Of a stretch of 64,000 bases of DNA, positions 1-10,560 are shown one piece after another; the stretch's first letter is position 1, and each line of letters starts with the position of its first letter. Below the pieces are notes generated by a model. That model did not search any database and had not been told where the DNA came from. It saw only the letters and a list, made by a program, of their open reading frames with translations. Source of the stretch: an uncultured delta proteobacterium (GTDB taxonomy: Bacteria > Myxococcota_A > Polyangia > Polyangiales > Houyiibacteriaceae); assembly GCA_963699755.1 (NCBI GenBank), contig CAVOVB010000001.1, positions 896,001 through 960,000 on the forward strand, read 5' to 3'. The translations under genes were made by a program, and so were the position numbers.

Positions 1-642
1 GGCCGCCGCATAGTCGCCCTGATTGAAGACTGCGCTGCCCGCGACAATCACGTCGGCCCCGGCTTCGACGACTTGGCGCGCGACACCCGGCTTCACGCCA
101 CCGTCGACTTCGAGGTCGATGTCGAGGCCCGCCTTGTCGATCATGGCACGAATCCGAGCGAGCTTGTCGTTGGCGGACGGGATGAAGCTCTGGCCTCCAA
201 AGCCAGGGTTGACGCTCATGACGAGGATCAGGTCGACCTCTGCCAGGACGTAGCGTAGGCAATCGGGAGGCGTATGGGGGTTGAAAGACACGCCCGCGCG
301 CTTTCCGAGCGTGCGGATCTGCTGGAGCGTCCGGTGCAAGTGGGTGCAGGCCTCCGCGTGGACGGTGATGATGTCCGCGCCGGCGTCGGCAAACGACTGA
401 ACATACTTCTCGGGTTCGACAATCATCAGGTGCACGTCGACGACGCGCGTGGTCGCGGCGCGGATGGCTTCGACCACCAGCGGGCCGATTGTAATGTTTG
501 GCACGAAACGGCCGTCCATGACATCGACGTGGATCCAGTCGGCGCCCGCTTGCTCGACGGCCTGGACTTCGGCTTCGAGTCGGCCAAAATTGGCCGAAAG
601 GACAGAGGGGGCGATTCGGAGCGGTTTTGGGGAGCGGGGCAC
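1..642 (-). CDS. rpe: Ribulose-phosphate 3-epimerase (3' end runs off the window)
   Basis: Not in the ORF track. Manual translation from GTG at 642 gives [10 protein letters not shown]...[18 protein letters not shown]...LEVDGGV...[12 protein letters not shown], the typical Rpe motifs. Confidence 0.95.
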   Translation of the reverse strand, partial: MPRSPKPLRIAPSVLSANFGRLEAEVQAVEQAGADWIHVDVMDGRFVPNITIGPLVVEAIRAATTRVVDVHLMIVEPEKYVQSFADAGADIITVHAEACTHLHRTLQQIRTLGKRAGVSFNPHTPPDCLRYVLAEVDLILVMSVNPGFGGQSFIPSANDKLARIRAMIDKAGLDIDLEVDGGVKPGVARQVVEAGADVIVAGSAVFNQGDYAAA

Positions 643-755
643 CGCAGCAGTCAAGCGCCGCGGGGGCATCGTGTCAATGGCATCCGTTCCTTGACCTGCA
701 CTGTCCCGGCAACGGACAATGGAAAGACGCCTCAGGGGAGGGCAGACGAGCTGAG

Positions 756-2231
756 ATGACCGATCAGCGATACAACCTGATCGAACGACTTGAGGCCGGG
801 GGCATGGCCGAGGTTTTCCTTGCGGAAGCCACGAGCGTTCAGGGTTTCAAGAAGCGGGTCGCTATCAAGCGCGTTTTGCCTCATCTCGCCTCGCACGCGA
901 ATTTCATCGGGATGTTTCTGGACGAGGCGCGGCTCGGAGCGCGGCTGACGCACGCGAACATCGTTAGCGTCTTCGACATCGGCAAGTCGGACAACAGCTT
1001 TTTCATCGTGATGGAGTTCGTCGACGGGACGAACCTGAAGAAGATCATGGAAACGCTGCGGGTCAAACGGCAGCCCTTCCCCCTCAAGGACGTCATCTAC
1101 ATTGCGATGGAAGCCTGCCGCGGCCTGAGCTACGCGCACGAGCTCCTCGACGACGACGGAAAGCTGGTCGAGCTGGTTCACCGGGACGTGTCGCCACCGA
1201 ACATCCTGATCAGCAAACGTGGCGAGGTGAAGGTCACCGATTTCGGCCTGGCGAAGGCGCGAACGCAGCTCGAACGGACGGACCCCGGCGTCGTAAAAGG
1301 CAAGTTCAGCTACCTGTCGCCTGAAGTGGCCAACGGGCAGCCGGTTGATGCGCGCGCCGACATTTTCGCGCTCGGTGTGTGCATCTGGGAAATGCTGTCC
1401 GGGCGGCGTTTGTTTCTGGGCGATACCGACTACGACACGGTCCAGGCCGTTTCGAGCGCCGATGTCCCGAGCCTGGTGGGGGACCACCCCGAGGTAGACC
1501 CTCAATTCGAAACCCTGCTCCTCCGATCGCTCGCCAGAAACCCTGCGGAGCGTTTCCAGACGGCGCGGGAGTTCGGCGACGCGCTGGCGAGCTATCTCTT
1601 TCACCATCAGATGAAGGTGACCTCGTACGACATTGCGAACCTGGTCGCCGCCGCACTGGAGCGCCAGAAGTCGGTGCCGCCTCAGCCCATGATGATTGAC
1701 GGCATGATCCAAGAAGAGCTGGCTAGGTTCACCTCGCTCGACAGCACGGTCAACATGCCCGCCGACCCGTCGAAACCGTTCCGCCTCAGCCCCGACGACG
1801 AAGGCGCACGGCCGCTGGTGGCCTCGGATTTCGTCGATCCTAGCAATTGGTTCTCGGGCGACCGAGAGGTCGAGACGGCGATCGAAACCGTGCGCACCAG
1901 CGCACCGCCCGGTGCGACCATGGGCTGGTTCGAGTCCAAGGACAGTCGGTCGACGGCTCCGCGCCGAGGGGCTATGCCCATGGGCCCATCGCTGATGCCA
2001 TCTCCTCGAGGCGGTGAAGAAGATGGGCGGGGGCCGGTGATGACGTTCCGCGCGCCGGGCGCCGCGCCGATCTCGTTTGCGGACAAGAAAGCCAGCAAGC
2101 CAGTCGAAGAGAAGAAGGCCGAGCCGATCTCCACGCGCAAGCCGGGCGGCTCCAAGCTTGCCCTCATCATCGCAGGGGTCGTGGCGCTGGCCGCGATTGG
2201 CGTTGCCGTCGGCTGGTTCGTCACGCAATAG
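756..2231 (+). CDS. Membrane-anchored Ser/Thr protein kinase
   Basis: [28 protein letters not shown] and GKFSYLSPE motifs, with a C-terminal TM helix. ATG at 756 preferred over the track start at 627. Confidence 0.93.
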   Translation: MTDQRYNLIERLEAGGMAEVFLAEATSVQGFKKRVAIKRVLPHLASHANFIGMFLDEARLGARLTHANIVSVFDIGKSDNSFFIVMEFVDGTNLKKIMETLRVKRQPFPLKDVIYIAMEACRGLSYAHELLDDDGKLVELVHRDVSPPNILISKRGEVKVTDFGLAKARTQLERTDPGVVKGKFSYLSPEVANGQPVDARADIFALGVCIWEMLSGRRLFLGDTDYDTVQAVSSADVPSLVGDHPEVDPQFETLLLRSLARNPAERFQTAREFGDALASYLFHHQMKVTSYDIANLVAAALERQKSVPPQPMMIDGMIQEELARFTSLDSTVNMPADPSKPFRLSPDDEGARPLVASDFVDPSNWFSGDREVETAIETVRTSAPPGATMGWFESKDSRSTAPRRGAMPMGPSLMPSPRGGEEDGRGPVMTFRAPGAAPISFADKKASKPVEEKKAEPISTRKPGGSKLALIIAGVVALAAIGVAVGWFVTQ

Positions 2232-4383
2232 GTCGACGCTTCGCCTTGGCTCGGACGCCTCGGCTCAGTTGACGAAGACGCTGGTAGTCTTGTAACGGCA
2301 AGGCTTGCTCGCCAAAGCGCACGGCGAGGTAGGCATCGGTGACCTCCCGAACCTCATCGGCCGCGGGGAAGCCAGCTCGGTCGAGCTCCTTGGCGTGCTC
2401 GGCCGGTGTGACGTCCGGTGGACGCGCTTGCCCGGCGCTCCGAAGGCTGCTCTCGAGCGAAAGGTAGAGACGAACGGCGCGGTCCCGGTTGGGGTCGAGC
2501 TGTCGCCCTGCGCGGGTTTGGCGCCGGCGTTTGCGGCTCCATCGAACGAGCAAGGCCCCGGCGCCAAAGACGCTCACGACCGCGATGAACCAACGCCAAT
2601 CGGGGCGAAACGGAATGGGCCCCAACGAGTCCTCGGCGGGGGACTTGCTTTCTGCGTCGAAGTGCTGAGCATGCCGATCGCCGCGGAGGGATCGGTACCA
2701 GTCTGCGAGGCCGTGCAAGGCCTTTGCCTGGTCACGTATATTGAATTCGACGACGTACTCGGCCCAGCGCACGCGCATCGCGTCGACCAGCTGTCGCATC
2801 TTCACGGCCAGTCCAGAGGGTGCTGCAAAGACCTGGCCGGAGGCTGGCGTCGGGTCGTAGGTGCGCCAACGGCCCTCGATGTACACCTCGACCCAGCTGT
2901 GGGCGTTTCCGTTTCGAACCGCGTAGTAGTCGCCGTAGGGGTTGTAGTCCGCGCCGAGAAACCCGGTGACGTTACGCGCGGGCAGTCCGAGCGAGCGCAT
3001 CATGATCGCCATCGCGGTGGAGAAGTACTCGCAGTGCCCCGCTTTGGCTTCGAACAAAAAGACGTTGAGCGGATCTTTGCCTTGCGTGTCCGGCTGCTCG
3101 AGCGTGTAGCGGTACTTGCCCCCCCCGCGCAGGTATCGCTCGACGTACTGCGCCTGCGCATATGGGTTGGCGGCGCCCTGGGTGACCTCCCGCGCCAAGT
3201 CGGCGACGCGGCCGTAGCCAGGTGGAACCTCCACGTAGCGTCGGCGAAGCGGGTTCGGGATCCTCTCAGGAAAGCCACGCGACTTCACCTCGACCACGGC
3301 CTTGTACGTCAGAGGACCTTCGATGCGACCCCCGTAGCGGATGTCGAGGCCAGGCGACTGAGTGATGCGCCGATATCGATTGCGACCAGAGCGGAGCACC
3401 GGCGGCACCTGGAGGGCCACTGTCCCATCGGGCAAGAACAAGACGGCCTCGTCCATGGGGTCGAGAATGATCTCGTACTCGAGGTCGTCGGGGTCTTGGG
3501 GGCGGAAAACGATGTACTCGTCTTGAAGGCGTTTCAGCTCTTCGCCGGCGACTTGCGTCCGCGACCATCGTCCTTCGCTGTAGCGGTCGAACGAGGTGCC
3601 CCGGAGGCGCAGGTTGAGCGAACGGGGTGCCGGGTCGGGTCGGGTCTTCGGCTTGACTCGCATGACGACTGTGGGGTCGTCGCGAATCGTGCCAAAACCG
3701 CCGAGCTCTACATCGTCACCGAATCCGGCCACTGACTGTGTCCGCACGCCAAGCCCCGAGAGGTAGCCAAAACCGACGCGCGGAAACGCGACGAACATCG
3801 CCGCGGTCAGCACGAAAAGCGGAAGCGCGAGAAGCGTCGTCCCACCAAAGAACGCGGGCGTCGCAAGCGCCTTGCTCTGGAGCTCGCTCCGGAGCATCGG
3901 GCTTTGGGCGCCGTACTCGCTCTCGAGCTCTTTTCTCAGATGCGTGAGCGCGAGCATCCAGGGCATGACGAGGACGAAACCAAAGAAGACGAAGGCAAAG
4001 TCGAGGCCGGTGGAAAAGACGGTGCCCGCGATCAGGTGCAGGAAGCCGAGGATCGCGATCTGCTGATGGTCGGCTGCGGTCTTGCGATGTGAGAGTCGCG
4101 AAATTTGAAGGAACGCGGCGTATTGAACGCCGACGGACAGGATCGGCTCTCCGAGCATGGCACGCGCGATTTGAACGCCAAGAACCACCACAGCGGCGAT
4201 GTTCCAGAAGCGCGAGTAGCCCGGTCGGTCGATGAGAGGCGGCTCGGCAAACCAACTCGCCGCAAAGGCCAGGACCACGACAATCGACTCGACGGGGCTG
4301 AAAGTCGTGCCGAGCAACAAGGCGAGTAGGCCGAGAGCTGCGAAGAGGTACGTCACCAGCTTGTGGGCAAAGCCGAATCTCAT
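2221..4383 (-). CDS. DUF3488/transglutaminase-like membrane protein (TgpA-like)
   Basis: N-terminal TM bundle; GHCEYFSTAM, NAHSWVEVY and YDPTP catalytic triad motifs; DUF4129-like C-terminus. Confidence 0.9.
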   Translation of the reverse strand: MRFGFAHKLVTYLFAALGLLALLLGTTFSPVESIVVVLAFAASWFAEPPLIDRPGYSRFWNIAAVVVLGVQIARAMLGEPILSVGVQYAAFLQISRLSHRKTAADHQQIAILGFLHLIAGTVFSTGLDFAFVFFGFVLVMPWMLALTHLRKELESEYGAQSPMLRSELQSKALATPAFFGGTTLLALPLFVLTAAMFVAFPRVGFGYLSGLGVRTQSVAGFGDDVELGGFGTIRDDPTVVMRVKPKTRPDPAPRSLNLRLRGTSFDRYSEGRWSRTQVAGEELKRLQDEYIVFRPQDPDDLEYEIILDPMDEAVLFLPDGTVALQVPPVLRSGRNRYRRITQSPGLDIRYGGRIEGPLTYKAVVEVKSRGFPERIPNPLRRRYVEVPPGYGRVADLAREVTQGAANPYAQAQYVERYLRGGGKYRYTLEQPDTQGKDPLNVFLFEAKAGHCEYFSTAMAIMMRSLGLPARNVTGFLGADYNPYGDYYAVRNGNAHSWVEVYIEGRWRTYDPTPASGQVFAAPSGLAVKMRQLVDAMRVRWAEYVVEFNIRDQAKALHGLADWYRSLRGDRHAQHFDAESKSPAEDSLGPIPFRPDWRWFIAVVSVFGAGALLVRWSRKRRRQTRAGRQLDPNRDRAVRLYLSLESSLRSAGQARPPDVTPAEHAKELDRAGFPAADEVREVTDAYLAVRFGEQALPLQDYQRLRQLSRGVRAKAKRRPIA

Positions 4384-5369
4384 GCGGCACTCCTCTTGTT
4401 TTCATGACCCGGGGCCCGGGCGCGCGCAGGCCGAAGGAGCGCGAGGAATTGCCAAATGGGGTCAGGCGGGGTTCCGCCAGGAACGAGCGGTGAGACACCG
4501 TCACTCGCCTGAACCTGCACCGAAACGCCCTGGGCGAGGTAGTGCGAAGCGAGGGTCGCGGTCTCGGAAATCGAATTTTCGAAGCGTTCGAGCCAGGCGG
4601 CTTCATGGCCGCCAGTGGACGGTAGAAGGTTGTCTACGCTCAAGGTCACCAGCGCGCTCGATTCCTGCTCATGCTCGCGAATCACCAGCTCGCCTCGGCT
4701 CGCGGTTCGTTTCCAATGGATATTCCGCGCCTCGTCGCCTTCGCGATAGAAGCGCACGCTGCCCGCGAACTCGCTGCCGCTACCGGTTTGGTGAATCGGC
4801 GCGGCATCTCCCTGCATCGGGCGGAGTGGGGACGCGGCAGCGTGTTCGAGGAGCTTCGGATAGACGACGATCTCGTCGGGCAAATAGATCGTGTAGCCCT
4901 TCTCGATGAGGCCGAACGGATAGCGTGTGAGCACCCGCATGGTTCCAAGCTCGAAGATCCCGCGACGCGGCGATTCGAAGCGATAGCTCGCGACGGCGGT
5001 CGCTCCCGGCAAGACGCGCACGAATCGAGCTGCTTGTGTTTCTTCGCCATCGACCTCGTCGATGGCTTCGACCGAGACGCTCGAGAGCCAGCGTTTCTCG
5101 TTGAGCACGGCGATGTCGATGAGCGAACGCCGCCCGGCGAAGAGTCGCGCGGGCAATTGGCGCTTGATCTGGAGCTTCCAAAGCGCGAGGTCACTGAGGA
5201 CACCGCTCACCAAGAGCAGGCTTAGAAGCAATCCTAGGACCAAATAGAGAAGGTTGTTGGCGGTGTTCACGGCGGCGAGGCCGACACCGATGGTGACGAA
5301 GAGAAACGCCCTCCCCTCGCGCGTCAGCCGAAACCTTCGCCGTCTTCGCTTTCGCCGAAAGATTCGCAT
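4380..5369 (-). CDS. DUF58 domain protein
   Basis: NTANNLLYL, YPFGL and RFYREGDEARNIHWKRTA motifs; lies between MoxR and transglutaminase genes. Confidence 0.9.
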   Translation of the reverse strand: MRIFRRKRRRRRFRLTREGRAFLFVTIGVGLAAVNTANNLLYLVLGLLLSLLLVSGVLSDLALWKLQIKRQLPARLFAGRRSLIDIAVLNEKRWLSSVSVEAIDEVDGEETQAARFVRVLPGATAVASYRFESPRRGIFELGTMRVLTRYPFGLIEKGYTIYLPDEIVVYPKLLEHAAASPLRPMQGDAAPIHQTGSGSEFAGSVRFYREGDEARNIHWKRTASRGELVIREHEQESSALVTLSVDNLLPSTGGHEAAWLERFENSISETATLASHYLAQGVSVQVQASDGVSPLVPGGTPPDPIWQFLALLRPARARAPGHENKRSAA

Positions 5370-5381
5370 CGACTGGCCCGA

Positions 5382-6347
5382 TTAGAGTGGAACAGAGACG
5401 ACCGTGAGTAGCTCACGAATCACGCGCTGCGCATCGTCCCGCATCGCAGCTCCACCCATTCCGCCGCTGACCTTCACGCGGTGGGCCAAGACGGGGCCCG
5501 CAAGCGCTTTGACGTCGTCAGGCAGCACGAAGGAGCGACCTTCGACCAGGGCCCGCGCCCGCGCCGCGCGCTCAAACCCGAGCGCACCTCGTGTGGATAC
5601 GCCAACGGACAGAAGCGGCGTGTTTCGAGTGGCGATCACGATTCGATGCAGATAGTCGAGGATTGCGTCGTCGACGCGCACCGAGTCGACTGCCTGCTGG
5701 ACGTGCCGAAGCTCGTTCGCGCTCATCACGGCCTTGAGTTGTTGGACCGGGTCTGCGCCACGACGATTGAGCACCTCGCGCTCGACGCCAGGCGGCGGGT
5801 AGCCCACGCTGAGCCGCACGAGGAATCGGTCGAGCTGTGATTCAGGTAGCGGGTAGGTCCCGTAGAACTCCTGCGGGTTCTGTGTGGCCACCACGAAGAA
5901 CGGCTCCTCCAGGGGATAGGTCTCCCCGTCGATCGATACCTGCCGCTCATCCATCGCTTCGAGAAGCGCGCTTTGTGTCTTGGGCGTGGTTCGGTTGACT
6001 TCATCAGCGAGTAACACCTGCGTGAAGATCGGGCCCGGCCGAAACTCGAAGGTACTCGTCGACTGATTGAACACGTTGCCACCGAGGACGTCGGTCGGCA
6101 TCAAATCCGAAGTGCACTGCAGGCGTCGGAACGTCACACCGACCGAAGCCGCCAGGGAGCGCGCTAGGGTCGTCTTGCCTACGCCGGGAACGTCCTCGAG
6201 CAAGAGATGCCCGCGCGCCAGGAGCGAGACGACCGCCAACTTGATGACCTCTTCTTTGCCCCGAACGACCAGCGCGATGTTCTTAACGAGGCGCCGAGAC
6301 AGCAAGGTGGCGTTTTCCGAGATGTGCGCGACGCTTGGTTGAGCCAC
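5382..6347 (-). CDS. moxR: MoxR-family AAA+ ATPase
   Basis: LLEDVPGVGKT, LADEVNRTTPKTQSALLEAM and TYPLPESQLDRF motifs. Confidence 0.95.
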   Translation of the reverse strand: MAQPSVAHISENATLLSRRLVKNIALVVRGKEEVIKLAVVSLLARGHLLLEDVPGVGKTTLARSLAASVGVTFRRLQCTSDLMPTDVLGGNVFNQSTSTFEFRPGPIFTQVLLADEVNRTTPKTQSALLEAMDERQVSIDGETYPLEEPFFVVATQNPQEFYGTYPLPESQLDRFLVRLSVGYPPPGVEREVLNRRGADPVQQLKAVMSANELRHVQQAVDSVRVDDAILDYLHRIVIATRNTPLLSVGVSTRGALGFERAARARALVEGRSFVLPDDVKALAGPVLAHRVKVSGGMGGAAMRDDAQRVIRELLTVVSVPL

Positions 6348-6457
6348 CTAAGGAGCCTATCATACTCGACGATGTGGGTAAAATATTACAATATGACTGA
6401 CCTCTCGGTCAGCCATCCACTGTTTGTCCACAGTTGCTCCATTCGCTGAAGACCCAG

Positions 6458-7705
6458 CTATTCCGTTGTCTTGGAATCTGAACGTGCCGGAGAGTCCACA
6501 GTCTCCGTTGAGGACAGGATCGCGTTGGGGTCCTCGAAGAGGAATGCCTCGATCTCGGCTCGTTGAGCATGTGCATCGCGCCGACCCATCTCGATGAGGG
6601 TCTGGGCGAACGCGCCGTCGAAGAGGAGGTAACTCGCCAGATCCGCGTCGGCCCCGGCACCGACATCGAGCATGCTGATGAACGCGCGTCCGAGGCTCTT
6701 GCCAAAGCGAACCCGATTGGAGGCGAGATACTCAGAAGCGACCTGTCCAATGTCGATTGTCGGCCGCAAGACCAAGGAGCTCAGCAAGCGTCGCTCCGCC
6801 AGCGCGCCCCGCGCCCGCGCCGCATCGTTGATCCGATCGAGAAACTCCGGACCGTAGGCGCGCACACCGTCCCGAAGAAAGTCGTTGATGCGCTGAACTT
6901 CTAGAAGGTCCGTGTTGACGTGATCGAGAAGGAACGCGTTGAGCACTTTTCCAAGCATGTACGTCGCGCCCGGGTACTTGCCGTCTTGCACCGCACGCGG
7001 GCCGGGAGCGTGAGGGGTCGAAAGCCCAATCACCAGCAAACGGTTCATGCCGAGATGAACCGAAGGCCCCATCGGCGTATTGAGGCGAAGACCGCCGTCA
7101 CAGTGGATCTCGTCGCCGATTTCAACCGGTGGGAAGATCAGCGGAATCGCCGCCGAAGCGAGCACATGGTGCTGGCCGATCTGGGCGCGGCGTACCAGCG
7201 CATGAAGGCCCAAGCTCTCCGGAATTCCAACGCCAGGGGCTGCGTCGACGAAAATCACGGGTTGACCGGTGCCGACGTGGGTGGTGCTCACGGTGAGCGC
7301 TCGAAGCGCACCGCTTCGAATGTTCTGCCTGAGCCGGCGCCAGCGAACGTTCCTACCTACCAGAGCGGAGAGCGGGCCGGGGTCGAAGACGCCGCGCGCC
7401 TGGCCAGTGCCGCCAAGAAGCACGCGATAGAGGCCCGCGGCTTGACGGAGACCAAAACCGAGGACGTGCGCTAGCTCGAGCTCCGTCCAGATCGACACGA
7501 GCTGTTTCACCGCGCTCGGCACGTCCCCAATGGCAGAGGCGACGAATGTCCCGTTGACGGCGCCGACGCTGGTGCCCGAAATCAGGTCGACCTTCGGTCC
7601 GACCCCTTTGGTATCGACGAACTCGCTGAAGATGTACTGCAGGACGCCAACCTCATACGCGCCTCGCGCACCGCCTCCTGAAAGTATCAAGCCAAGACCA
7701 CTCAC
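6458..7705 (-). CDS. Patatin-like phospholipase
   Basis: SGGGARGAY, GTSVG nucleophile elbow and DGG motif. Confidence 0.92.
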   Translation of the reverse strand: MSGLGLILSGGGARGAYEVGVLQYIFSEFVDTKGVGPKVDLISGTSVGAVNGTFVASAIGDVPSAVKQLVSIWTELELAHVLGFGLRQAAGLYRVLLGGTGQARGVFDPGPLSALVGRNVRWRRLRQNIRSGALRALTVSTTHVGTGQPVIFVDAAPGVGIPESLGLHALVRRAQIGQHHVLASAAIPLIFPPVEIGDEIHCDGGLRLNTPMGPSVHLGMNRLLVIGLSTPHAPGPRAVQDGKYPGATYMLGKVLNAFLLDHVNTDLLEVQRINDFLRDGVRAYGPEFLDRINDAARARGALAERRLLSSLVLRPTIDIGQVASEYLASNRVRFGKSLGRAFISMLDVGAGADADLASYLLFDGAFAQTLIEMGRRDAHAQRAEIEAFLFEDPNAILSSTETVDSPARSDSKTTE

Positions 7706-8013
7706 TATGCTTCCTCGTCTTCACAGCGTAACAGTCGGAGAGGCTTCTCGCCGAAATCATCGCTCGAAAGCAGGCTCCGAATCTCTGGCGGGAGCCAAAT
7801 TTCGCCATGGGGCAAGCGGCGGAGCGCGCCGAGCAGCACTTCGGCCCGGCGCCAGGGCGGGGCGCTCGGTGAAATATAGAGCAGCATCTCGCCCCGGACA
7901 CTGCAAAGGCCTCCGTCGACATGGGCTTCGTCCGGAAGCTCTTCTTCGCGCAAGCGTATCCCCAGGCGCGTCAGAGCCCGTTCCAGAGCGTCGAGCCGAA
8001 CCGCTAGTTCCAC
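7705..8013 (-). CDS. Small hypothetical protein
   Basis: 102-aa ORF overlapping the patatin start by 1 nt; contains GGLCSVRG and IWLPPEIR. Confidence 0.65.
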   Translation of the reverse strand: MELAVRLDALERALTRLGIRLREEELPDEAHVDGGLCSVRGEMLLYISPSAPPWRRAEVLLGALRRLPHGEIWLPPEIRSLLSSDDFGEKPLRLLRCEDEEA

Positions 8014-8089
8014 GGCCCTAGCGTGCGGCGGTAGACCGAGCCCCGCAATCTAGTCGTTTCGGGGAGCGATTTGCTAAGATGCCCAGACC

Positions 8090-9157
8090 GTGATTCGCCT
8101 CGCAAAACCATGGATCGGGGAGGACGAGCATCGTGCCGTCGCCGCCGTTCTCGAATCGGGCCAGCTGGTCCAGGGGGCACTGGTCGAGCGATTCGAACAG
8201 GCGGTCGCTGCGCTGACCGGTCGTCGGCACGCGGTCGCCGTCTCGAGCGGCACCTCGGCGCTTCAACTTGCGCTCAAGGCCTTGCAGGTAGGGGCAGGCG
8301 GCGAGGTGATCTGCCCGGCTCTGAGCTGGCCGAGCCCGGCCCATGCGATTCGTCTGGCCGGCGCGAAAGTGCGCTTCGTCGACGTCGATCAGAGCGAGTG
8401 GAACAGCACCGCCGAGGCCCTTCGCGCAGGGCGGAACGCCAACAGCAAGGCGGCAATCGTCATCGATCAGTTTGGGAACCCGGCCCGCGCCCAAGAGATC
8501 CGCGATGCGCTCGGGTCGCTGCCAGTCATCGAAGACGCAGCGTGCGCCCTCGGGAGCCGCTTTTCGAACGGCCCCTGCGGCAGCCTCGGCACGATCTCCT
8601 GCCTGAGCTTTCACCCTCGTAAGATCGTGACAACAGGGGAAGGCGGGATGTGCCTCACCGACGACGACGACATCGCTGACAAGCTTCGGATGTTGCGCAA
8701 TCACGGACAGCTCGGCGGAGCGTTCGTGGTCGCTGCGGGAAACTCCCGCATGACCGAAATGGCAGCAGCCCTTGGGCTCGCGCAGCTTCAACGGCTCAAT
8801 GAGATCGTGGCCCGAAGGCGTGAGCTTGCCGCTCTCTACAGATCCGCCTTGGGCGAAGAGCTCGACGTTCAGCGAGAGCCCGCTGGCGCCGAATCCAATT
8901 TCCAGACCTTTGGAGTGATCCTGCCTCAGGGATTTGGACGCGATACCGTTCGCGCGAAGCTACGCGAACGGGGTGTCGAGGCGGGCCTGCTGTCTTTCGC
9001 GATTCACAAGCTCGGTAGCTTCGCCGGCATCGACGCTTCACTGCCAATCAGTGAGCATCTCGCGGCGCGTGGCTTGGCGCTCCCTCTCTACCCACAGATG
9101 CGAAACGCGGAGGTCGAGGAAGTCGTGAAAAGCCTTCGTGGAGTGCTCAATGAGTGA
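8090..9157 (+). CDS. DegT/DnrJ/EryC1/StrS PLP-dependent aminotransferase
   Basis: SSGTSAL, IEDAACALG and SFHPRKIVTTGEGG motifs. Confidence 0.93.
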   Translation: MIRLAKPWIGEDEHRAVAAVLESGQLVQGALVERFEQAVAALTGRRHAVAVSSGTSALQLALKALQVGAGGEVICPALSWPSPAHAIRLAGAKVRFVDVDQSEWNSTAEALRAGRNANSKAAIVIDQFGNPARAQEIRDALGSLPVIEDAACALGSRFSNGPCGSLGTISCLSFHPRKIVTTGEGGMCLTDDDDIADKLRMLRNHGQLGGAFVVAAGNSRMTEMAAALGLAQLQRLNEIVARRRELAALYRSALGEELDVQREPAGAESNFQTFGVILPQGFGRDTVRAKLRERGVEAGLLSFAIHKLGSFAGIDASLPISEHLAARGLALPLYPQMRNAEVEEVVKSLRGVLNE

Positions 9158-10079
9158 CGACTTGGTCTTGGAGGTGAAGGGGCTTCGCAAGACCTTCCAC
9201 ATCGGCTTCTTTCGGAAGCGCGTGGATGCGGTGCGGGGGACGAGCTTCTCGGTGAAGCGCGGCGAAATCTTCGGCCTGCTCGGCCCCAATGGCGCCGGCA
9301 AGACGACCACCATCAAGGCGATTCTTCGCCTGATCTTTCCGACTGAGGGCGAGATCCGGATCTTCGGTCGCGCGGCCAACGACCGCGAAGCAGCCAAGCG
9401 CGTCGGCTACATGCCAGAAAATCCTTATATCTATCAGTACCTGAAGCCGATCGAGTTTCTGGACCTATGCGGTCGGCTCATGGGCCTTCCGAAGCGCGAG
9501 CGTCGCCTTCGTGCTGAAGAAATGATCGACAAGGTCGGCCTTCGGCACGCGGTGGACCGGCCGATCGGCAAGTTCTCGAAGGGCATGATGCAGCGTGTCG
9601 GCCTAGCGCAGGCGATTTTGCACGACCCCGAGCTCCTGGTGCTCGACGAACCGATGAGTGGGCTCGATCCGATCGGCCGAAAAGAAGTACGCGACATACT
9701 GCTCGAACAGCGGGCGCGCGGAAAGACGCTCCTGTTCACCAGCCACATCCTGAGCGACGTAGAGCTCCTCTGCGACCGCGTGGTGATCATGCAGCAGGGC
9801 GAAATCACCTCGGAAGGCGAGGTCCACGACCTACTGGAGTCGGCGGGGCGCCGCGTGGAGATCCGACTGAGCAGGGCCTCTCGGGCCCTCAAGGATTCGC
9901 TCGGCTCCCGGGGGATGGTCGTCGACGAAGGGGCCGGCTATCTGACGCTGAGCGTGGACGGCCAAGAAGCAGTCGATGATATCCTCCGAATCTCGAACGC
10001 TGCGGGCGCCAGGCTCGAAGCGATGATCCCAGAGCGACAGAGCCTCGAGAGCCTCTTCTTGAAGGGCGCCAGCCCCTGA
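9150..10079 (+). CDS. ABC transporter ATP-binding protein
   Basis: GPNGAGKTT Walker A, FSKGM signature, LVLDEP Walker B and SH switch. Confidence 0.93.
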   Translation: MSDDLVLEVKGLRKTFHIGFFRKRVDAVRGTSFSVKRGEIFGLLGPNGAGKTTTIKAILRLIFPTEGEIRIFGRAANDREAAKRVGYMPENPYIYQYLKPIEFLDLCGRLMGLPKRERRLRAEEMIDKVGLRHAVDRPIGKFSKGMMQRVGLAQAILHDPELLVLDEPMSGLDPIGRKEVRDILLEQRARGKTLLFTSHILSDVELLCDRVVIMQQGEITSEGEVHDLLESAGRRVEIRLSRASRALKDSLGSRGMVVDEGAGYLTLSVDGQEAVDDILRISNAAGARLEAMIPERQSLESLFLKGASP

Positions 10080-10122
10080 GCCGCCCACTTGCTCCGACGA
10101 CGATGTTCCTTAGAAGGATGAG

Positions 10123-10560
10123 ATGACCGTCAAGCGGGTTTCACCAGCGGAGGCCGACGCGCTCGTTCGAAACGAGGGGTACGTCTACGTCGATGTACGC
10201 TCCATCCCGGAGTTCGATGCGGGGCACGTACCGGGCGCCTACAACATTCCCTTGCTGCATGCGACGCCCTCGGGCATGCGTCCAAACGGAGAGTTCATGT
10301 CGGTGGTGGCTGCGGTCTTTCCGAAAGGCAGCAAGCTCGTGGTCGGCTGCCGCTCGGGCAACCGCTCGCTCCGAGCGGCCGAGGCTCTGCTCGCAGCCGG
10401 CTTCTCCGACGTCGTCGACCAGCGGGCCGGACACGATGGTGCGCGCGACGCATTCGGCCAGCTGCGGGAACCGGGCTGGCACGGCTCGGGCCTCGAGGTC
10501 TCGAGCGAACCCCACCCGGAGCGAACCTACGAAGCTCTGCTCGGCCGCCGCAACGGCTAG
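10123..10560 (+). CDS. Rhodanese-like protein
   Basis: DVRSIPEFDAGHVPGA and active-site GCRSGNRS; AGAAGGA RBS upstream. Confidence 0.9.
   Translation: MTVKRVSPAEADALVRNEGYVYVDVRSIPEFDAGHVPGAYNIPLLHATPSGMRPNGEFMSVVAAVFPKGSKLVVGCRSGNRSLRAAEALLAAGFSDVVDQRAGHDGARDAFGQLREPGWHGSGLEVSSEPHPERTYEALLGRRNG

Noticed and set aside
2221..6347. MoxR-DUF58-transglutaminase operon as a novel system
   Set aside because: This is a well-known, widespread gene triad.
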